Shown here: piece by piece, positions 8,037 to 15,516 of the stretch
How positions within the stretch are numbered: the stretch's first letter is position 1
Layout: each line of letters begins with the position of its first letter
IMG/VR virus record: IMGVR_UViG_3300046529_000479
Source: an uncultured virus (IMG/VR IMGVR_UViG_3300046529_000479)
Lineage: Duplodnaviria > Heunggongvirae > Uroviricota > Caudoviricetes
DNA length: 20,000 bases
Direction: 5' to 3' (one strand)
The notes under the pieces: model-generated
What the model was told of the DNA's origin: nothing
The model's input: only the letters and a program-made list of their open reading frames with translations
Databases searched by the model: none
Program-made: the position numbers and the translations under genes

Positions 8037-8726
8037 ATGCCACCATTGATCGAGACGTCACCGGGCGTGCTGGAGTTCGCACTCGATCGTGTGGGTGATG
8101 ACGCAGTTGAGATCCTGGAGCTGTCGTACAACGACATCCCCTGGAGCTGGATCTGCGGCACGCTCACGCGAGCCTGTGTGCTCAACGGGCATAAGAAGCC
8201 CGAGGGCTGCGCTCTCGGCCTGATCGGCATGAACGGCGGTCTGGCTAGCTTCTCTACCAGAGTAGTGAGGCTGTGGGACAACGAGATCGGCAAGGACGTG
8301 CCGACTGGACAGTACGAAGTCCAGGGCATCTTCGAGCAGAGCGATCTGTACGCGACTTCAACGACAGCAGAGGCGATCGTATGCCTCGCGCTGGCGATCC
8401 CGAAAGAGATCACCGTCAGTAAGGCTGGCTGGTACAACGAAGTCGATGAGGCGTACGACAAGTGGGCGGATAACATCCCTCACGACGTTTCAGGAGCTGC
8501 CGACTGCGTTGTCGCCTACAACGACGACGACATCACGAGAGGCGATGCAGCGTCGTGGTTCTGCAACGCCATCGGCATCGCACGTCTGCGCCGATCCGCC
8601 GGCAAGCAGGCCTCGACGTGGATGCAGGACGAGGACGGCTGTGAAGATCCGTCTTGTCAGCAGTGCTACCCGACCAACAGCGACACCGAAGACGCTTTGG
8701 TCGAGATGTACGAGGGCGACGCCTGA
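8037..8726 (+). CDS. DUF6197-like protein, paralog of 11433-11945
   Basis: WICG...KKPEGCALG...LALAIP...YNDD...AASWF. Confidence 0.7.
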   Translation: MPPLIETSPGVLEFALDRVGDDAVEILELSYNDIPWSWICGTLTRACVLNGHKKPEGCALGLIGMNGGLASFSTRVVRLWDNEIGKDVPTGQYEVQGIFEQSDLYATSTTAEAIVCLALAIPKEITVSKAGWYNEVDEAYDKWADNIPHDVSGAADCVVAYNDDDITRGDAASWFCNAIGIARLRRSAGKQASTWMQDEDGCEDPSCQQCYPTNSDTEDALVEMYEGDA

Positions 8727-8789
8727 CCAGCGAGTCCATCCCAACAAGGATGGGCTCGGTGTTCAGACAGAACACCAGAAGGAGGGTCA

Positions 8790-9065
8790 ATGGACGAAGT
8801 CAGATCAGACAAGTTCACGGTCAACGACGATCTTGAGACGATCTCGTTTCACGACGAAGCGCAGCCGACGCTCATGCTGGCATGGATCAGCGACGATGCG
8901 AAGAGCGATCGCGGCTCGTTCTTCATCGCGGATTCAGAGAGCGAAAAGATCTTCAAGGTCACCCCGAGTCTTCACGACGATGGCATCAGAGTGATCCTGA
9001 AAGTCGATTCGCTCCACCGAGACGGCGTTGTGGAAGACAGCGCCATGATCATCAGCGTGTTCTGA
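8790..9065 (+). CDS. Acidic hypothetical protein (91 aa)
   Basis: SD at 8777. Confidence 0.8.
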   Translation: MDEVRSDKFTVNDDLETISFHDEAQPTLMLAWISDDAKSDRGSFFIADSESEKIFKVTPSLHDDGIRVILKVDSLHRDGVVEDSAMIISVF

Positions 9066-9268
9066 TGCCACAGATAGTTACTCTCCATCAGGACGAGTCA
9101 GAGATCATCGTTGCTGACACCAAGGGCAACCCGATGTTCAAGCTCAAGTTCGATAACACGGACGCGGGCTGCGAGCTGATGGTTGACATCTGGTACCCGA
9201 AGCTGCTCAGCCCCGACAAGTGGGTGGGCAACTTCGGAGACGAACCATTCATCTACGAGCCAACCTGA
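9065..9268 (+). CDS. Hypothetical protein (67 aa)
   Basis: TGATG overlap; MPQIVTLHQDESEII... Confidence 0.75.
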   Translation: MPQIVTLHQDESEIIVADTKGNPMFKLKFDNTDAGCELMVDIWYPKLLSPDKWVGNFGDEPFIYEPT

Positions 9269-9342
9269 TCAGCGAGTCTGTCCGTCCGACACGACGGGTA
9301 GGCTCGGTGCTCAGCCGAGCATCAACCACGAAGGAGGGGAGT

Positions 9343-9873
9343 ATGGCAACGACAGCCTGGACAGAGGATCCAGCATCGGAGAGCCAGCTAGAGTTCATCC
9401 ACGACCTCTCACAGAAACACGAGATGTCGGATGAGCAGGCTGAGTTCATTGCCCGAGTCCATCTCGGTGGACGGAAGCTCACCAAGGGTGAGGCCAGTCG
9501 AATCATCGACGGGCTAAAGGCATGTCCCAAGAAGCAGGTCAGTAGAGATTGGCCTGATGTCCCGGCCGGCAGGTATGCCGTGGTCGATCCGATGGACGAT
9601 GTCCTGAAGTTCTACCACGTAGACAAGCCGACTGAGGGCAAGTGGGCAGGCTACACCTTCCTGAACGTCCGTGCTTCGGATGAGCGTTATCCGATCAAAA
9701 ACACGGAGCACAAGAAGTCCATCATGACCGAGATCTCCAAGAATCCGGCAGAAGCCAGCATGCGCTACGGGCGTGAGCTGGGCAAGTGCGGGATTTGCGG
9801 ACGGACTCTCACCGATGAGCAGAGTCGAGCAAGAGGCATCGGCCCGATCTGCGCAGCGAAAGAGGGTTGGTGA
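9343..9873 (+). CDS. DUF6011-like Zn-finger protein
   Basis: C-terminal CGICGRTLTDEQSRARGIGPIC; SD at 9329. Confidence 0.85.
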   Translation: MATTAWTEDPASESQLEFIHDLSQKHEMSDEQAEFIARVHLGGRKLTKGEASRIIDGLKACPKKQVSRDWPDVPAGRYAVVDPMDDVLKFYHVDKPTEGKWAGYTFLNVRASDERYPIKNTEHKKSIMTEISKNPAEASMRYGRELGKCGICGRTLTDEQSRARGIGPICAAKEGW

Positions 9874-10076
9874 TGGCGCAAGTGAACATCAGCGTGACTC
9901 GTGTCGGACACGTCGTGACGGTGAAGACCGCCAGCAACAAGGAGATCTTCAGCGTTGAGTACAAGAACCGAGGAGAGATCATCGATTACTGTCTCTGGCT
10001 CGCTCGTACTGGCAACGTCAACGCCGACCGCCAGACGATCGTGGATCTGCTGAAGGCCAACAAGGTGATCACATGA
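9873..10076 (+). CDS. Hypothetical protein (67 aa)
   Basis: TGATG overlap. Confidence 0.75.
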   Translation: MAQVNISVTRVGHVVTVKTASNKEIFSVEYKNRGEIIDYCLWLARTGNVNADRQTIVDLLKANKVIT

Positions 10077-10207
10077 ACGAGTTTCGCTGGTATCTGCGGC
10101 GACTCTCGCTCGATGAGATCCTCGGCCTAGTCAGAACAGGGAACGTGCCCAAAACGTTCATGCCTGCGATCCTCTCTGAGTTGAAGAGAAGGAAGTACGC
10201 ATCATGA
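10073..10207 (+). CDS. Hypothetical protein (44 aa)
   Basis: ATGA overlaps at both ends; MNEFRWYLRRLSLDEILGLVRTG... Confidence 0.7.
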   Translation: MNEFRWYLRRLSLDEILGLVRTGNVPKTFMPAILSELKRRKYAS

Positions 10208-10401
10208 GCTACACGTTCACTCACTGGAGCGATCGCTTCGGCGATCAAGTCAGCAAGATGCGCGAGGCTGAAACGGGTGAAATCTACCTGACCATGCGCG
10301 ACGAGTGCGACGAAGATCTGTTGCACGACTGGTACATGGTGGGGATGAAGCCAAAGGAAGCAGCCAAGCGGTTCATGGCCGGGGAAGCGCGTGCGAAATG
10401 A
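10204..10401 (+). CDS. Hypothetical protein (65 aa)
   Basis: ATGA overlap; ...LHDWYMVGMKPKEAAKRF. Confidence 0.75.
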   Translation: MSYTFTHWSDRFGDQVSKMREAETGEIYLTMRDECDEDLLHDWYMVGMKPKEAAKRFMAGEARAK

Positions 10402-10481
10402 GACACGTGTATCTTCTGCTGTTCGAGATCCTCGTTCTGCTTCATCATGTCAAGGACGCGATCGAGCTGGTGACGCCATGA
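10398..10481 (+). CDS. Short peptide (27 aa)
   Basis: ATGA overlaps at both ends; MRHVYLLLFEILVLLHHVKDAIELVTP. Confidence 0.55.
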   Translation: MRHVYLLLFEILVLLHHVKDAIELVTP

Positions 10482-10702
10482 GTACACCAAGGCCGATTCC
10501 AGTTCCTCATTCCAGCAATGTCAAGTCGATCTCTTGGGACAGTGACAAGAGCATCATGTACGTCACGTACAAGAGCGACAAGACGTACGCCTACACAGGC
10601 GTGCCATACCAACGTGCCGTTGTGGCTGCTAACGCTCGAAGCGTCGGCAGCTATATCAACAAGCACATCAAGCCGCACTACCCCGTACAGCAGGTCGGGT
10701 AG
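10478..10702 (+). CDS. KTSC domain protein
   Basis: SSNVKSISWD...YVTYKSDKTYAYTGVP...ARSVGSYINKHIK signature. Confidence 0.9.
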   Translation: MSTPRPIPVPHSSNVKSISWDSDKSIMYVTYKSDKTYAYTGVPYQRAVVAANARSVGSYINKHIKPHYPVQQVG

Positions 10703-10774
10703 TTGCAGCTCCCGGTGTCTCTGCGGTCACCGGGGGCTGGAGTCACCCGACTCCGAGTACAGCGAAGGAGGGTC

Positions 10775-10786
10775 ATGCTGAAGTGA
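10775..10786 (+). CDS. Minigene MLK
   Basis: ATG CTG AAG TGA after the SD at 10763; stop overlaps GTG 10783. Confidence 0.4.
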   Translation: MLK

Positions 10787-11031
10787 CGAATCCGCCGAAG
10801 CTCCTCAAGATCAAAGTCGTTCCGTATGATGAGGCTGATGTCACAGCTGCGATCCAGCTTCCGGTGTTACCAGAAATGATGGATTGGGAGCACGACCTCA
10901 TCTTCAAGATCGACAACCGTGTGATCTTCGGCTTATTCATCCATCGCCACGAGAGCGGTGACATCGGAGTCGAATTGTTCGACCCGGATAGCACCGAGCC
11001 CGTGGCGACTCACCAGTTCACGGAGGCATAA
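10783..11031 (+). CDS. Hypothetical protein (82 aa)
   Basis: GTG start downstream of the SD at 10763. Confidence 0.75.
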   Translation: MTNPPKLLKIKVVPYDEADVTAAIQLPVLPEMMDWEHDLIFKIDNRVIFGLFIHRHESGDIGVELFDPDSTEPVATHQFTEA

Positions 11032-11291
11032 TGGTCGTACAGCAGGAACAGGAGAACGTCGTCTTGTACAACATCGAGGCGATCGTGGTCGAGGAAGCAG
11101 GCGACAACGCCATCTATTCGATCGCCAAAATGAGACCTACAACCGGCACTGACCGATTCAAGCCCGTCGAGTTCTTCAACGACGAGCATGAGAATCGTTG
11201 GGTGAAGTTCTGGCCCAAGAACGGCCCTGCAAAGGGCAAGCAGGCCAGCATCCCGATCGAACGCCTGGTCATGGTGGTGCACAGCAAGTGA
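11031..11291 (+). CDS. Hypothetical protein (86 aa)
   Basis: TAATG overlap with GGAGG upstream. Confidence 0.75.
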   Translation: MVVQQEQENVVLYNIEAIVVEEAGDNAIYSIAKMRPTTGTDRFKPVEFFNDEHENRWVKFWPKNGPAKGKQASIPIERLVMVVHSK

Positions 11292-11305
11292 CACAACCGC
11301 CAATC

Positions 11306-11334
11306 TTCCTATCGCCGCGTTGGTTCCGCATAAT
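11306..11334 (+). promoter_or_regulatory. Possible sigma70-type promoter
   Basis: TTCCTA-17 bp-CATAAT in an AT-richer intergenic gap. Confidence 0.3.
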
Positions 11335-11432
11335 GTGGCTAATTATTCGGGAGCGTTGGCGAAAGTGATCAGCGGGTCTGTCCTTCGGGGCAGGCCCGGT
11401 GCTCATGAGAGTACCGTAACGAAGGAGGGTCA

Positions 11433-11945
11433 ATGCCGAGAATGACAGCCAAGGTCGTCCTGGAGGAGTCCATCCTGGACATCAGGGCCGGACACTGGCT
11501 CTGTGGCGAGCTGATGCAGGAAGCAGAAGCCAACGGAAACAAGAAGCCAGATGGTTGTGCCGTCGGCCTCGCGGTCATCAACTCGAAGCTCGCGCGTGTC
11601 GTCATCGCGAAGTCTGACGACTACGATTCGGGTTTGATGGCATACTGCCCGTCGATCAACAACCCGTCGGTCTACTTCAGAGGCGACCAGAACTACCCCA
11701 AGGCCAGATTGAAGGCACTGGAGAAGTCGCTGCTTGCACTCGCGTTGGCGATCCCTGTCGATGCTCGACCCGTGACGACAGAATACAGAGGCGACGAGTA
11801 CGAAGACCAACATATCAGCAACGATGACATCAAGGGCTACAGCATCGAGCAGCTGGAGTCGCTCATCATCGAGTACAACGACTCCAGCCTCGACACGGGC
11901 ACGGCGATGAACTGGTTCAAGGCAGCGTACAGCAGCCTCAAGTGA
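11433..11945 (+). CDS. DUF6197-like protein, paralog of 8037-8726
   Basis: WLCG...KKPDGCAVG...LALAIP...YNDS...AMNWF. Confidence 0.7.
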   Translation: MPRMTAKVVLEESILDIRAGHWLCGELMQEAEANGNKKPDGCAVGLAVINSKLARVVIAKSDDYDSGLMAYCPSINNPSVYFRGDQNYPKARLKALEKSLLALALAIPVDARPVTTEYRGDEYEDQHISNDDIKGYSIEQLESLIIEYNDSSLDTGTAMNWFKAAYSSLK

Positions 11946-12005
11946 GCTGCGAGTCTACCCACTAGGGTAGGCTCGGAGTTCATCAGAACTCCAGAAGGAG
12001 GGTCA

Positions 12006-12338
12006 ATGCTCAAGGAAGAAGCTGGCTGGGTTCAGTCATTCGAGTTTCCAGGGCTCAAGGTCGTGCAGATGAAGCTATGTGAGGCCTGCAAGATCAAGTT
12101 CGATACTCACAACCAGGCCTGCATCCATGTCGCCAAGGAACACCCGAAGCTGCTCCAGATCGACAACGGCGATCTCACGGTTGTCCGTCTCGCACAAGAG
12201 CCGTACAACCAGCGCGAGCGAACGCTCACGACTCGCCAGTACCTGCTCTACAAGGGCGAGCCGGTCGTGGCAGCAGGCTACCAGGTCGAGAGCTTCGCTG
12301 AAGGCGCAGCATGGGCGCTCAAGGAGTTGTCGAGATAA
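12006..12338 (+). CDS. Hypothetical protein (110 aa)
   Basis: SD at 11993; CEAC...CIH..EH may bind metal. Confidence 0.8.
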   Translation: MLKEEAGWVQSFEFPGLKVVQMKLCEACKIKFDTHNQACIHVAKEHPKLLQIDNGDLTVVRLAQEPYNQRERTLTTRQYLLYKGEPVVAAGYQVESFAEGAAWALKELSR

Positions 12339-12386
12339 CCATGCCGGTCGAAACCCCTGGTAATCAAAGGGTTTCGGCCGGGATGG

Positions 12387-12429
12387 TTGGCTAGCCATCC
12401 CGCCACTTGTATAGTATCATACTAAGTGG
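12387..12429 (+). promoter_or_regulatory. Sigma70-type promoter with overlapping palindrome
   Basis: TTGGCT (12387)-17 bp-TATAGT (12410); imperfect palindrome CCACTTGTAT...ATACTAAGTGG at 12403-12429. Confidence 0.55.
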
Positions 12430-12460
12430 CTGAAATCCACCACTACCGAAGGAGGGATCC

Positions 12461-12976
12461 ATGGCCAGGATCGCAGCAGAGCTGGAGCCAGCTCTGGTCA
12501 CGAAAGCGGTGAAGATCGTCAAGCCGCTGAGAGACGCCAAGGACAGCGCCAAGTTCGACGCGCTGCAGTCGGCTCTCAAGGTCGCGAGGCCGATGGCGGC
12601 CCGGTATCTCTACGTTGCCGAGGCGGTGATCGACCCAGCTCTGAAGTTCAAGCTCACAGCCGCTAACATCAACAAGGCTCGTGATCGTGGACTGCGCTGG
12701 GAGCGCATCGCGGCCTACACCGGCTCCACAGTGCCGGAAGTTCAGGCAATGTTCGTGGAGAACGGTGGGGACATGTCCAAGTCCTACACGGGCAGGGGCA
12801 AGCGTCCCGACGGCGTGCCGGCCGACGGCAAGCCTGCCAGGAAGCCGACTGCCAAGGAGACCAAGGCAGCGGCCGCAGCGGCGAAGCGTGGCCCCGGTCG
12901 TCCCAAGGGCAGCAAGAATCGGCCCAAGCCGGATGTCAAGGTGCGTCGGAGGTCGTCTCTCCCAACGCGCCCTTAG
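12461..12976 (+). CDS. DNA-binding protein, HTH plus AT-hook
   Basis: ARDRGLRWERIAAYTGSTVPEVQAMF (HTH-like); YTGRGKRP and KRGPGRPKGS; histone-like K/A-rich tail. Confidence 0.75.
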   Translation: MARIAAELEPALVTKAVKIVKPLRDAKDSAKFDALQSALKVARPMAARYLYVAEAVIDPALKFKLTAANINKARDRGLRWERIAAYTGSTVPEVQAMFVENGGDMSKSYTGRGKRPDGVPADGKPARKPTAKETKAAAAAAKRGPGRPKGSKNRPKPDVKVRRRSSLPTRP

Positions 12977-13008
12977 TTCACATCGACATCGATGATGAGC
13001 TGAAGGCG

Positions 13009-13380
13009 TTGCTAGAAGGCAGGAGCGTGCGTACTCGGAGCGAACTCATGAACATTGATGAAGAAACTTCCATCACGTTCAATAACGAAGTGTTCTGCGC
13101 CAAGTACATACGCTTCCTGCCTGCTGGCCAGACGTCATCAGGCTTCCGAAAGCAGCCACTCGTCCAGTTTTACTCTGACCGAATGGTGGATCGAGGACGT
13201 GAGATCCACACGAACATGCGAACGGTTGGGCTGGAGGATGTGGTCGGGATCAAAGGACTTACTGACGCTCAGATAAAAGCGATCGTTCAGGACGTTCGGA
13301 ACAACAGACTGCCCGAGCAACCACGCTCTGGCGTCAAAGTTGTATCCAAGACCCGGCGACGGAGCCAAATCAGGAAGTGA
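13009..13380 (+). CDS. Hypothetical protein, possibly a frameshift extension of the upstream gene
   Basis: 123 aa ORF with poor SD; the frame is open back through the upstream stop. Confidence 0.65.
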   Translation: MLEGRSVRTRSELMNIDEETSITFNNEVFCAKYIRFLPAGQTSSGFRKQPLVQFYSDRMVDRGREIHTNMRTVGLEDVVGIKGLTDAQIKAIVQDVRNNRLPEQPRSGVKVVSKTRRRSQIRK

Positions 13381-13385
13381 GCAGT

Positions 13386-13405
13386 GGGCGGGCTTCGGCC
13401 CGCCC
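13386..13405 (+). terminator. GC-rich TTCG hairpin (terminator-like, no U-tract)
   Basis: GGGCGGGC-TTCG-GCCCGCCC right after the stop at 13380. Confidence 0.45.
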
Positions 13406-13537
13406 TATGCTCCTGCTGCACGAGGCGGGAGGGGATGGGCAATACGGCCGTAACGGGCACTGCCTGAGGACACTCTAGGTGAACCCGTGTCCCACCCCGC
13501 CTCGTGGAGCAGAAGCTCCAATGAGAAGGAGGGTCAG

Positions 13538-15406
13538 GTGAGTAAAATCACCGCTGAACTCTCGCCAGATGGGAAACGTATCTGGCTCCGGTTCAGCTAT
13601 GAAGTCCGTATCAAGGACACCATCAAGTTCAAGGTGCCCAACAGCCGGTTCGTTCCACCTGAGAAAGGTGGCCCGGCTTGGACAGTGCCTCTCGATCTGC
13701 CGACTGGCCGCATCCTGCGTCATCTGTTCCAGCAACAGCTCGTGCTGGGCCCGAACCTGCTCCAGTGGGGCAGGGACGAGGTTCAACGTGAGCGGAACCT
13801 GTCGGGCCTCGCGCTCGCAGAGGATGCGGAGCTGGTGTACTGTCCGGTCACAGTTCCTGGTATCGTTGAGCTAATCGCAGGCGACGGGACTGAGAACTGG
13901 CCCGATCGACCGTACCAGCGGGCAGACATCGCGTTCCTGGCGGCGACTAACGCCGGCAACCTGAACCAGATGGGCCTCGGGAAAACCATCGAAGTCATCG
14001 GTGCGATCCACGAGGCTCAGATGGAACGCGGAGAGCACTTGATCATTGCACCGAAGACTGCTCTGGAGACTGTCTGGCGACTTGAACTGGAGCGGTTCAC
14101 CGAGATCCCGGTGTTCACGCTCTACAGCGAGACATCTGCGAAGGAGCGCAACGCGCTGCCTGAGCAGATCATGGAAGCCATGGGAGTCTATGGAGGATAC
14201 GCTTTCGTCACGACCGCGAGCATGCTACGCTCGAAGTCGTGGCGAGACGTGTTCATGGAAGCTAACTGGACGAGCATCACCATCGACGAGTACCACAAGA
14301 CGGGACTCTGCGAGGGCTCGTCTCAGTTCTCCAAGCTAGCAAAAGCCATGATACGGCCTAACGGCCAGAAACGCATACCTATGAGCGGTACGCCCATGGG
14401 TGGCAAGCCAATTAAGCTCTGGTCGGCGCTGAACTTCATCGACCCCGACAGGTTTAGCTCGAAGTGGAAGTGGGCTGAACAGTGGCTGGTGATCGAGGAG
14501 GGTTTCAGGAACCACAAGATCATCATGGGCCTGAAGCCCGGCATTGAAGAGGCTTTCTATGCTTTTCATGCGCCATACCTCGTGCGCCGTCTCAAGTCGG
14601 AAGTCGCGAGCCAGCTGCCTCCGAAGCAGCAGGTGGAAGTCATGTGTGATATGACCCCGAAGCAGAACAAGCAGTATCGCGAATTTGCGCGAGCTGCCGA
14701 AATCCGCATCGAGGATCTGCACCTGTCTGCCACCAACATCCTGACGGAGTACCTGCGGTTGAAGCAGTTCGCCAACGCAGTCTGTCTCGTCCACGAGTAC
14801 GAGGTAGCATGCAAGCACAAGAAGAATGAGGGCATGCTACACGGATGCGAAGACTGCCTGGGTGAGGGGATCGTCGTCAAGCAGAAACTAATCCCGACTG
14901 AGGACTCTGGAAAGTTGCCACAACTGCTCCAGAAGCTGAACGAGATCGGGATTGACCCAGACGATCCTGAAGGTGACGCCCAGACCATTATCGCCAGCCA
15001 GTTCCGAGAAATGGTGGACATGGTAGCTGCTTGGTTAGAGAAGCAGGGCATCCCAGTGGCGAAGATCACCGGAGATACCAAAGGCAAGGAACGAGTGAAA
15101 GTCCAGCAGCAATTCCAGAAAGGTGCCGGCCCGAGAGTCGTCTGTATGACGACAACGGCCGGAGGCGTTTCGATCACGCTGGACAAAGCCGATACCTGCC
15201 ACATCCTGGATGAGACCTGGAACCCGGACGACCAGGAGCAATTGGAAGACCGGATTCACAGGATCTCGCGTATCCATCAAGTCACTTGCTACTACTACCG
15301 CTCGAAAGATACAATCGAGCAATACATCCAGGACACGACTGCCGACAAGCGTCGGCTGAACGAGATCCTGCTGGATGTACATCGTATCGCGATGAAGCAA
15401 CTGTAA
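13538..15406 (+). CDS. SNF2-family (SF2) helicase/ATPase
   Basis: MGLGKT, IDEYH, MSGTP, WNPDDQEQLEDRIHRI motifs; GTG start after the SD at 13524; HARP-like N-terminus. Confidence 0.92.
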   Translation: MSKITAELSPDGKRIWLRFSYEVRIKDTIKFKVPNSRFVPPEKGGPAWTVPLDLPTGRILRHLFQQQLVLGPNLLQWGRDEVQRERNLSGLALAEDAELVYCPVTVPGIVELIAGDGTENWPDRPYQRADIAFLAATNAGNLNQMGLGKTIEVIGAIHEAQMERGEHLIIAPKTALETVWRLELERFTEIPVFTLYSETSAKERNALPEQIMEAMGVYGGYAFVTTASMLRSKSWRDVFMEANWTSITIDEYHKTGLCEGSSQFSKLAKAMIRPNGQKRIPMSGTPMGGKPIKLWSALNFIDPDRFSSKWKWAEQWLVIEEGFRNHKIIMGLKPGIEEAFYAFHAPYLVRRLKSEVASQLPPKQQVEVMCDMTPKQNKQYREFARAAEIRIEDLHLSATNILTEYLRLKQFANAVCLVHEYEVACKHKKNEGMLHGCEDCLGEGIVVKQKLIPTEDSGKLPQLLQKLNEIGIDPDDPEGDAQTIIASQFREMVDMVAAWLEKQGIPVAKITGDTKGKERVKVQQQFQKGAGPRVVCMTTTAGGVSITLDKADTCHILDETWNPDDQEQLEDRIHRISRIHQVTCYYYRSKDTIEQYIQDTTADKRRLNEILLDVHRIAMKQL

Positions 15407-15438
15407 ATCAATTCACCCGGCAACAGAAAACACACTTC

Positions 15439-15516
15439 ATACGCGCGCGTACGCCCCCGCCCGGGAAGAAATCACTAGTTTGATCTTCGCTAGTAGGGGC
15501 GTACGTGCGCGCGTAT
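15439..15516. repeat. Long imperfect inverted repeat in a non-coding region
   Basis: ATACGCGCGCGTACGCCCC ... GGGGCGTACGTGCGCGCGTAT. Confidence 0.75.

Larger units (their letters stand above)
3934..12005 (+). repeat. Dispersed structured intergenic element, 15 copies
   Basis: Stems at 3934-3965, 4164-4193, 4329-4358, 4721-4752, 5134-5164, 5492-5535, 5921-5952, 6590-6619, 6915-6948, 7963-7996, 8731-8758, 9273-9306, 10706-10739, 11373-11398 and 11950-11975; each is followed by the extended SD. Confidence 0.92.
2950..13536 (+). promoter_or_regulatory. Start-associated extended SD (C/A)GAAGGAGGG(TCA), about 19 copies
   Basis: At about 2950 (variant), 3559, 3976, 4212 (variant), 4376, 4792, 5179, 5551, 5965, 6640, 6966, 8025, 8777, 9329, 10763, 11420, 11993, 12447 and 13524. 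Confidence 0.9.

Noticed and set aside
3934..11975. Calling the repeated hairpins intrinsic terminators
   Set aside because: They have no U-tracts, mostly no downstream promoters, and positional conservation beyond what terminators need. Not fully excluded for an actinobacterial host.
3934..12005. CRISPR array or classical integron attC array
   Set aside because: The intervening sequences are whole genes of variable length and the repeats differ in sequence. No RYYYAAC/GTTRRRY ends, cas operon or integrase are visible in the window.
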